A DNA stretch of 64,000 nucleotides from Octopus sinensis. Lineage: Eukaryota. Below are positions 52,521-64,000 of this stretch, one piece after another. The position numbers and the translations under genes were made by a program. The notes under the pieces are model-generated. The model did no database searches and had not been told where the DNA came from. It saw only the letters and a program-made list of their open reading frames with translations. Location: assembly GCF_006345805.1 (NCBI RefSeq), contig NC_042998.1:68138001-68202000 (forward strand), given 5' to 3'. Position 1 is the stretch's first letter; the number at the start of each line of letters is the position of its first letter.

Positions 52521-53942
52521 TTCTTTCTCAATTAAAACTACGTCCGGCTTCATATTCTCTTATTATTATTCAGTTGTCTTCTTTTATCACATGCTTTCAC
52601 TGCAATGCCGAGCGCAGTTATGTCTGCCTTGGGTATTCAAAAGACTGTTATGTCTGACTTTGGTTTTCAAAACCAAATTCGGCCTTCTGTAATACTCCTG
52701 AGAGAATATTTTCTTCACTTGATAAGGTTATCTTCATAGAGTTTCTTTATTTGTCTTTCCGTCATTTTCTTCATTTACGTTTTTCCAATATGCCCAAACA
52801 CATGTATCCTTCTTTCTCTCCTGCCGCGAAGGCAACTTCACCCTATCCTCGTGTTGGACTTTACCTATTTTTTAGAATCAACACTCATCACTTTTTCAGT
52901 CCAGACTGCATTCTAATGTCTACGCTAAAGCAATGCACTGTTTGAATCAGTGAGTCTATTTTGAAATACTATTATAAAAATATGTTTATGTAGTGTTGGT
53001 AATAGTGAAAATAGTGTAGAAACAAAGCAATAATCTAAAAGGACTTGTCAGTCAGCCTTATGACCCCAGCGGACAAAATGGAAAAGTCGCTACTCTGGAG
53101 AATGGCCACTAGCAGACAGCCATCTCTATCCCAACAGCAGAGGGCAGAAATATGGCTCGGGGGCCAAGACCACCGGAGATTTCTACTGCTTTAGACTCGA
53201 TCACAAACCAGTCAGAGAGCGGCCGATTCCTTGACAGTTTTCCCTTCTCGGCCTGATGAGCAGCGAAGCCTTGATTGGTAGCAGTGAACTAAGCTGCTTT
53301 TCATTGTTCCTAAAGAATTTCAGGTAGTCCATAAAAAGTTGACCTGAAAGCAATTGAGACTAGCGCCACTTGAGAAGTAAAAATAATCTCAAGGTTCCGT
53401 TAGTCACACTCCCGAAGCATTGATCGGCCCGGGGCTGTAGTAGAAGACACCAACCCAAATGCTGCGCGGTTGGACTAAAATCAAAACCACTTCATTGCGA
53501 AGCGTGCATCTTAACCACACAGCCATACCTGCTCCTACATCTAACAAATAACAAGCACTTGAATCTAACTCTAAATCTAAGTCTAATTAAGAAACAATTG
53601 TTTTTGTTCTTGTTAATGTTTTCGCTATTCTTTAGAACATAAATATATTATTGCTACATTTATGTTATGACATTTCTTCTATTGAAAATGCTTCACATTG
53701 TCAGTGGTGTAATTTTATTTAAAATATAAGTCTTCACTTTTGTAGTCTCCATTGGAGCTAATAACTTTAGGAAAGACAAAATGTCACATTAGCCTCCTTC
53801 CTCCTATTCCTAAAATGCAGAACGTTTGAAATGAGTTAAAAATCCAATATTAATTAAAATTTACCATTTGACAGTGTATTGATTTTTTGTCTTGTATGGC
53901 TTTTGGCCTTCTATAATTTTTTTTTATATCTTGTTATTTTAG

Positions 53943-54333
53943 ATCGTGCGGAATTACTCCGGAGCCTGGTGCCGTTTGGAAATTGCAATCAGACTGCTAC
54001 AATCCCTGTGCACGCGAAACGAAGAAAGCCATTAAATTCAAAGAAGACAACGATAATGAGGATTCTCCGATGAAGAAAGGCTATAAATGTGAACTAATGG
54101 AACCAGTTTCGGTTCCGGTGCTGTTGTCAGATCCTGCTGATGATCAAACTAACACAACACAGCTATCAACGGGCACGCCCCATTTAAACAAACAGGTTTT
54201 CAGGCGCTCGCCAAGTTATACGACAGCCATGTCTGTAGACGAAGAACCAAAACCTCAGGCGGGTAAAACAAGATATCATAATGGAAATTATTACATTGAA
54301 GTTGACAACCGAGAAATTGAAAGTGTCCTTTAA
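53943..54333 (+). CDS. GRIN2: GluN2-type terminal coding exon ending in PDZ-binding motif ESVL*
   Basis: Acceptor cttgttattttAG at 53941-53942. Joining AC|A gives T-SCGITPEPGAVWKLQSDCYNPCARETKK...RRSPSYTTAMSV...EVDNREIESVL, with stop TAA at 54331-54333. The frame matches the ORF at 53983. Confidence 0.88.
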
Positions 54334-54382
54334 AATAACGATTTCGTTAAGGGGGAAAAAGAAAAGGAACATTTTTAACGAT

Positions 54383-54388
54383 AATAAA
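54383..54388 (+). promoter_or_regulatory. First AATAAA after the stop codon (candidate proximal polyadenylation signal)
   Basis: AATAAA 50 nt after the stop, with a second at about 54569. The motif is common by chance in such AT-rich DNA. Confidence 0.25.
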
Positions 54389-55070
54389 TACATAAGGAAA
54401 TATGCCCAGGACATTAAAATGGCGAAAGTGATAAAGATATGAATATAATTCAAATTAACAAATGAATAGCAGCGAAAATTATTTCGGGAATGAGAAAAAA
54501 AAAGCAAAATGATATTCACTTTGTTATTTTATAAAAATGAGTACTGGAATTTTATTTGAGGAAAAAATAATAAAAATAATAGGAAACAGGATTGACCTAA
54601 GACAGAGTAAAAGATTTTTAATATGGATGCGAAAATGTGACTGGGAAATACATAACATATAAACTAACAAGACTGAATATCATGTTAATGCCAAAATTAA
54701 AGAAAAACAGAAAAAAATACTGTCAATCAATCTTTGATGAATGTATCATACAAATTATCTGTGTGACATGGTAACATAAGAATATGAAGATAATGAAGAT
54801 GATGGAGAAGGAGATAGAAAAAATATTCATTTCATTTTATTTTTACGGTCTAATCTTTTCCACAAAGACAACGATATCAGAAAAGAAACTTCTCATAACT
54901 GCGAAATACTTTACACGAAGATTTTCTTCAATGTTTTCATTTTTTGTTGTTGTTTTTTGGGGTATTTTTTTCTATGTCTTCATGACAGTATTTTCTACAT
55001 TCGGAAATTGATCTTCTAGAAAATACGGAACTGTATTATTAAAAAGTATACATACACACACACACATATG

Positions 55071-55103
<33 letters not shown>

Positions 55104-55127
55104 ATATATATATATGTATATATATAA

Positions 55128-55183
<56 letters not shown>

Positions 55184-55533
55184 GTATTTACGTATGAATC
55201 TACAGTCACATATCTATGTATATATAGATAGATATATGACCATGTCTACTCCTTATGCAGAGTCTGACCACCTCTTGTACCTACACACACACCACACACA
55301 AAACACATATATATTCTATCTATCTATATATATATATATATTATATATATATATATAATATATATATATATTTACATGTATATATATATGCATACATGCA
55401 TATGTACGTATATGTATATATACACAAATATTATAATTAACATATATATTTTTATATATACATATATGCATTACATGTACACATATATATCATATATATT
55501 GACATACGTATATAATGTATATATAATGATATT

Positions 55534-55566
<33 letters not shown>

Positions 55567-56280
55567 ATGTATATAAATATACATATAGATACGTGTATAT
55601 ATATATAGTCATATACATTGATGTATATAAATATATATATACATACATGTATTATATATACACATGTATATCTAAATACATATATATTAACAAATATATA
55701 TACATATAGATATGCATATATGCACTGATATATCTATATACGTATGCATATCTATATACATATGTATACATATATATATATGCTTATCTCTGTACATATG
55801 TATGTGTGTGTGTTTATATACTAAGTATATAGATATGTGTGTATACATGTTTATATAAACATACACTTATATATACATATATATAGATATATATATATAT
55901 GTATGTGTGTATGTGTGTGTATATATATATATATACATATATCTTTATATACATATACATATATGCATATATGTACATTGGTATAAAACAAAAAAAAAGA
56001 CAGTTTTCAAAGTCTATAGTTTCTAAAAAGAACGACGAAATGAAATACCACTGATAATTTCAGGTCCCATGGAAAAAAATATATCTTTCAAACAGTTGTA
56101 TGAATAATGTATATAGGACTCGAACATATACACATAAGCATTGGATTGTTTTTGTTGGTTTCTTTTTCTTGTTATGCTGATTTTGACGTTTTACATTTGG
56201 TTTTTGGTTTCCAAAGAATATTATTTGTTCATTATTATTTTTCTTTTGGAGTGAAGTTGCCAAGCATTTATTTTTTCCTT

Positions 56281-56305
56281 ATCATTATTATTATTACACT
56301 TATTA

Positions 56306-56344
<39 letters not shown>

Positions 56345-56481
56345 GCATTATTATTATTATTATTACATTATTACCATTATAAATATTATTATTATCATTA
56401 TTATTATTATTATTATTATTATCATTATTATTATTATTTTTATCATTATCATTATTATTTTTATCATTATTATTATCATCG

Positions 56482-56512
<31 letters not shown>

Positions 56513-56715
56513 CATTATTATTATTATTATTACTATTATTATTATTATTATTATTATCATTATTAAAATTATTATTATTATTATTATCATCATCATCGTC
56601 ATTATTACTATTATTATCATTATTATTATTATTATTATTATCATTATTATTATTATTATTATTATTATCATTATTATTATTATTTTTGTCATTATCATTA
56701 TTATTATTATCATTG

Positions 56716-56753
<38 letters not shown>

Positions 56754-56784
56754 ATTATTATTATCATTATTATTATTATGATCA

Positions 56785-56816
<32 letters not shown>

Positions 56817-56870
56817 TATTATTATTATTATTATTATTGTTATTGTTGTTAATATTATTATTATTATTTT
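56281..56870. repeat. Long imperfect (ATT/ATC)n microsatellite; representative of dozens of (TA)n, (GATA)n, (TATG)n, (GT)n and (TAA)n tracts
   Basis: Direct reading of the sequence. Confidence 0.95.
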
Positions 56871-58971
56871 TCAATATTTCAGTTTTAAGTTTTGCAATTA
56901 TAGAAAGTACCATACGTTATAATCATTTATGCCCACAGTGCCGTACACATACATATGCAAATCTTATACGGTTTATCATGTCCTATATCGTTTATAAACT
57001 CTCACGCATGCACATCTAATGTATATCTATGATATCTATATGTAATTGCGTATGTAAGCTTTACATACACACACATATACACATTTATATATACATATAT
57101 ATATATACATATATATATATGCATATGTATTTGTATATATACATTAATATCAAAATATATACAGTTATATAAGTATATATATATATATGTATGTATATGC
57201 ATATATATACACACACATATATATATATATATATGTATATAAATATATATATATATATATACATGTGTGTGTGTGTATAATACATATATATATTACATAT
57301 ATGTATAATACATATATGTATGATACATATATGTACATTAAAGGAAATAAACACCACTAATGTATGTACGTATGCATGTAAGTTCATATGTGTATGTATG
57401 CATGTATATTCACATTGGTTGAGTTTTCGAATGTATTGTTGTTGACATTATAATATATATAATATATAACATAATATATATATATATACGCCAAACATTA
57501 TTATCTGATTTCCATATTATATTATCTCAAGCTTTATTCTATCAACGTATCAATTTATTCTCGTTTGTTTGTTGTTTTTGTTTTTATCTTTTTGGGTTCT
57601 TATTATTTGTTGAATTGTTTATTTTATTGATTTTATTTTTATTATTTTTTTGCTGACATGGAGGATTTCAATGATATACTGCGTTATTAATCCATATCTA
57701 TCCATAATAACTTCTTGAGCTGAAAAATGTAATTTGGCAGGCACATGTTAAGACACCTATATGCTTATATACTCAAAATATGTACATGTGTACTCTCACA
57801 TACAAACACGTTCAGACGTATTTTCTGCATTCATAAATTCATACATACATGTATTCGTACACAAGTACTTACGTTCAGACATACAAGCTTTCATGAATAT
57901 ACGCATGCACACATGCTTAGATACATGCATACACATATATATGTATACATACGTATATGTATGATTACTTACAAACATACTCGCTTTCATGCATACCTTC
58001 ATAAATAGATTCCTGAATGCATACATACATGCATACGAACGTACATTAAAACATGCATACAGATGCATACATGCATGCATACATACATACATAAAATGAG
58101 CCAGACAGAAAGACTGGTTGAATGAAGCAATTTCTTATTAAAAGGAAATCACCCACGAATAGATTTTCAGAATTAAATCGGGAATTAATTTGTTAATTGA
58201 TTAATTAATTAATTACATTTAAGAAACAGAAAATACTTATTTCTTTTCATATAATTTTTTTATTTCATATTTTGTTAATTTAATAGAATAGGGATTTCGA
58301 AAGCGATGTTAACCATGCTAGCTATGGTTAGTAAGGCTACGAATTTGCGGCTCATAATATTTCTACCAACTCAGTACAGTTCCGTTCTTCGATACTCGAA
58401 TGTCATCTTAAAGAATTAACCATAGAGTCACTGCAATATTTTATAGCGTTGGAATCGAAGCTTGAAGGAAAGCGTTGGCGTTATTTGAGATGAAATCGTC
58501 AGCTTTTTTTTTAAGTAATAAAAAGTATATTATCACCATTTATAAGAAACACGTACAAATATATAATCATATATAATAATTTAGAACAATTTCGAAATTA
58601 ATAGTTTTGTCTAACACCAAAGTATGTGTGCAGTTTAACAATCTTCATTATCTGAAATCATTTTCATTATTAATGATTTCAAAAGTTGGGAAAAACTCAT
58701 GTTGTTTATTGCAATTTGTTTTTAGTTTTACTGTAAGCTTAATTTACAAACAAATCGATGCTAAGAACTTAATCTTGGATCATTAAATTTATCAGAAATA
58801 TGGACAACCTACATATTTTTTAAACCCAGCTAATCATTCGAAGTTTTCTCTTTTAATATATACTATTATGAAGATATACCTGAGAATATTTGAGCGTATG
58901 GAGTAAGTCTGAGTGTGCGTGCGCACGTGAGAAATAGAGAGAGAGTGTGCGCGCGTGTGTGTGTGTGTGTT

Positions 58972-59017
<46 letters not shown>

Positions 59018-60673
59018 TGTGTGTGTTTGTGTGGATTTATATAGATTCGAATAAAGCAGGGTGATTGAAAAGAAAGATCGCAGAATCAGTATCGTGCACT
59101 ACCATTCATCAATGAAAGAGCTTCATATTCATATGAAAATTTTAATCTGCATTGGGTCTTTTCACTTATATCCAAACGCGAAAGAAAAGAAAGCTTTCTA
59201 CCTCGAAATAAGCTGAATAATTTGAATATTTAAAATCATCAGTTATGTTATTTAATATTCATATCGACCAAAGATATAAATAATGTTAACGATATTAGTA
59301 ATCTAATGATAAGAGCCGATATTTCATCCATTCTTAAATACAGTCTTTCATTCAAAGAAGCCCAGAATAAACAAAAGCGTTAAACGAAACGGTGACCTCT
59401 TTCCAGAATAAGCCACCTAGCCAAAATTGAATGCAAATAATTGAAAGCTCATTTAAGACGAAAAATTCAACAAAATAGAGTTCATGATAACAGAAGAAAA
59501 ATAATAACGAGGAAGACAATATCTTTTCTTCCCTATTTCTTTCACATTCTTATTGTTACACCATACTTTGAAGTTCCAAAACTATAAGAAATAGCAACGA
59601 CTATTTCATCAGGAGGAGGAGCTGGTGACTGTTTTCTAAACAAATAACAAAATGGAGGATCCATTTATCGAAGTTTTTCTTTCCTTTTTCATTTTTTTCC
59701 CTCTTTTTATTCCATTTATGAAGACATAATTCTATGAAATTAAATTGTTATATGCTGCCGAAATTTTGATAATCTTTCTGATTACATACAATTTGATTTC
59801 AATGTCTACGATGAAAGCCTTTTGCAGCAGCAGACATGTTGAGGTGGGTGGCGGAGTATGTCAGTAGTATTACTTTGTTAAGAAAATACTATAACACAGT
59901 TCATTGAATGTTTACATTCACTAGTCATCAGATACCTCTATATTGATTTAAAATCTCTCTAAAATAGAAATTGAGATAATGCATACAAAATTGCCGACAG
60001 CTAACGAGTTATCAATTATGATGGCTTGGAAGATTGGTGTGTCAAAAATACTCTATATAAATGTCGTTTATACCCAATTTAAATATTTCTAGGCCAGGTG
60101 AAATTTCTGTTCTTTTTTTTTTCCAATATATATTCTATGTTAAGTATGTATGCTTGCTAATTTCATTATTTGTTGCCATCGTGTTTATCATTTCTATAAA
60201 ATATTGTATTCTAATCCAAGTGATAATACCAACCCTGCATTAAAGGATTACCATAAATCGAGTAAAATTAGTGTGAAGAGGTTTATAATTAACTACCTGA
60301 ATTATATAAACAATTCATACAAGTACACACATAATTATATACTCTTAAGGAATATATACACTTAAGCATATGTACATATGACTACAGTTGAAGCCATATA
60401 TATACGACTAGAGTTACATAACTACATAAACACACACACATATATATATAAATGTGCTTGCATATATGTATATATATGCATGTGTATATATATATATATA
60501 TAATATATATATATTATATATATATATATGCATATATATATATGTATGTAAATATATATGTATATATGTACATATATATGCATGTACATTTGTATAAGTA
60601 TATATATGTATATATATGTATATATATATATTTATATGCATGTACATATGTATATATGTATATGTGTGTAATG

Positions 60674-60744
<71 letters not shown>

Positions 60745-61411
60745 CATATATATGTATGTATGCATGTGTGTATGCATGTATGCAAGAATACAGGTATTCT
60801 TGCATGCAGTGGATTAATAAAATGCAACTTCAGGGTTCCCCAACACGAAAATTTCATCGTATCATTGAATATAAGGGGCTCGTAATTCTGTAATTATTTT
60901 AAAGTTTTTCGTCTTAATACGGTTTGGTGGTGTTTCCTGAAAATGTTATTCCATTATTACACTAATATTGAAAACCATATCTCAGAGTACTAGACAAAGA
61001 AACTCCGAATAATTTACAAGACTACCATCGACCACTAATACATTTTTTATAACTTCTTCAATAATTCTAGCTTTAGAATGAATTGTCATGATTACACATA
61101 TAAAAGAACAGCTTGCAACACGCTAGAGAAAACTGTGATTCAGGCAAACAAAAAGTTCGGTTCGGCATAGGCTGAGCCGGTTCTCATTTCAAAAAATACA
61201 TTAACATCATATTTCATTGGTCTTTTCCGTACATGTATGGCCATGGAGCTATGTAACAAATCAGCTTAAGGGCATTAATACAAGAGGACGCCAAACCATG
61301 GTCCAATCCCGTAAAAGAAGCCATACTATATTACATTATACTTAGAAGCCTTAACGAACTATTCTGCACCTTTTAAATTGCGAAAGTATAACAATGCAAT
61401 ATGTATATATG

Positions 61412-61455
<44 letters not shown>

Positions 61456-61840
61456 TATATATATGTAAATATATATGAAAATACATATATATGTATATAT
61501 ATATATACATATATATATGTATATGCATATACATATATGTACATATATGTGAATATATATTTGTGTGTGTGTGTGATATACATATATATGCATGTATGTG
61601 TATGTATGTATATATACATATGAATATGCATACACACATATTTCTATATATGTATAAATACATATATACATTTATATATATTTATATTTACTTATATGTA
61701 TTTGTATATGTGCAATATATGTTGTGTTTTTATGCATATTGTATATTATATGCAGGTTATATATAATATATATCCACATCATATATATTTGTCCGTGTAT
61801 ATGTATAATGCACACACTCACTTAAACAAACACACACATG

Positions 61841-61899
<59 letters not shown>

Positions 61900-62305
61900 A
61901 TGAAAACTGCAGAGTAATCTTATCAGTACAAGCTGAAATCCTTAATCTACGCCGAGATTCCGAACTTGACAAAACTTCTGGATACTGGAACGGTAACATG
62001 AACTTTTCTACGACGAATAAACATGTAGAATGCTTGACTGTCCGTGATTATGAAAAGATTCCGCACATCAAAGCATCTTGAAATGGTTAAATCGTGCGTG
62101 TGTGTATGCGTTTCTGTGTTTGTGTGTGTGTGTGCATGTGTGTGTGTATGTGTGTGTGTCCTTGTTACTGAAGTAAGCTGAGGACAATTTCATGTCGTAA
62201 ATTGTGCAGTCAGTTTATAACTGGCGCCATACTGCGAATTCTATACTATATAAGATCATAAATATCTCTTCATTTTCATGTTGTCTTCTTACATACATGC
62301 ATACT

Positions 62306-62376
<71 letters not shown>

Positions 62377-62904
62377 CTTGAACTATGTGCAAAATCAAAT
62401 CCACTCATCCATACAATGTTCACTGCTAATTCAACTTTAGGGTCATGATTTGTGCTACAAGCGATACGACAATTTCTGGTGATCGTTAATTTTGTCAGAT
62501 TTTCCCGCCTTCTAACGGTGATCGTACATCAACTAGCATCGAATCAAATACATGTACACAGACAGGAAAAAGCGGAGATGTGTGCAATCAAATGGATTAT
62601 TCAATAAATAATTATATACATTCATATACGAAGACCTATATAAAGTCACTCTTATTAATATGGTTGTGTGTGTTTTTGCTGTTCGTGTACAGATCAAGTG
62701 AGACTCAAATCACTTTCGCTCACAATTCTTTTCATATTCTGACAGTGACGAAAACGGTAAAAAAATAACCGATTCTTCCTCATTTACAATTAGGAAAGGC
62801 TTGGAGGGAATAGTGTACCATTCTTTCCTGATAATTAAAAGACATTGTGGGTGAGAGAATATGCACACAGCAACATCATCAACAACAACAACAAAAACAA
62901 AAAT

Positions 62905-62992
<88 letters not shown>

Positions 62993-63101
62993 TTAATAAT
63001 GACAGCAACGCAAGTAAAATGACAAATATATACTGATGTATTCGCCCATACACACAGATTTAAGTAACCAAATGCATACATATATATATTATACATATAT
63101 A

Positions 63102-63156
<55 letters not shown>

Positions 63157-63481
63157 TATGGAATCATAAATATGCACGCATATATATGGATATATATACG
63201 AGTGTCTGTGTATTTATGTATACATTAATGTTTGTTTTATGCATATGTATGTATATATATACACACAAACACACACATACGTACATATACTCGTATATAT
63301 ATGTGTCTGTATACAAACAGATTTACGTATATTGGTACATAGATATATACGAATATAAGTCGTTTTCAGTTCCCAGTGGTTCGGCCCATCTTTTTTTCAG
63401 TCAATTGATTAAGTTTAGTTGCTTTAAATGCAGCATAATTATTATAAAAATAATATATAATTAAAGTTATTATTTAAAAGG

Positions 63482-63547
<66 letters not shown>

Positions 63548-63653
63548 TAATATATATATATTATATATTTATATAATATAAATACATATATACATATATA
63601 CATCTATATATATATACATATATATATTATATATATATTATGTATATATATAT

Positions 63654-63701
<48 letters not shown>

Positions 63702-63705
63702 TATA

Positions 63706-63750
<45 letters not shown>

Positions 63751-63940
63751 TCTAACTTTATTAGAGTTGCTCAACACCTTTAATTAGAGCATTATATCCT
63801 GACAGTAAGTTAAGCTCTTTTCATGAGGCTATCTTTCGAAAGTTTAACGAAGGCCACCAGCCGAAACCTTGTAGTTATTGTCAACTTCCTTTTATACACA
63901 CGCACATGTACATACAAACACACACACACACACACACACC

Positions 63941-63985
<45 letters not shown>

Positions 63986-64000
63986 ATATATATATATATA

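Noticed and set aside
53041-53256. Possible alternative exon with an editable in-frame TAG (GQNGKVATLENGH*QTAISIP...)
   Set aside because: It has no pyrimidine-rich acceptor, and exons 46772 and 53943 already join in frame. The segment looks more like a repeat remnant.
53879-54073. ORF overlapping the terminal exon in another frame
   Set aside because: It starts in the intron's pyrimidine tract. Phase from the upstream exon selects the frame ending in ESVL.

Overview
AT-rich, microsatellite-dense eukaryotic DNA. The repeat landscape and receptor sequence suggest a mollusc, probably an octopod cephalopod; this is inference only. The + strand carries the 3' half of an invertebrate NMDA-receptor GluN2/NR2-type gene. 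Five exons can be placed with canonical splice sites: M2-M3 (17931-18151), start of S2 (28977-29137), end of S2 plus M4 (39501-39736), proximal C-tail (46609-46772) and a terminal exon ending in the PDZ ligand ESVL* (53943-54333). One required S2 exon is missing and probably lies in the assembly gap at 33561-33660. The introns are full of repeats: R4/Dong-type LINE fragments at (TAA)n, a Tx1/L1-type LINE inserted twice at the same phase of (GATA)n, a Penelope-like element with an inverted 3' copy, CR1/L2 ends, two TA-flanked MITEs, at least three tRNA-derived SINE families and a ~560-bp (TAA)n-flanked non-autonomous element. Read by eye, the window also holds about ten hammerhead-ribozyme-like motifs. 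One sits behind a tRNA-type Pol III head (retrozyme/SINE-like), and several share a CCGANGA core variant. Several long inverted repeats could form dsRNA in the receptor pre-mRNA. Most ORF-track entries are microsatellite translations. Repeat boundaries are approximate.
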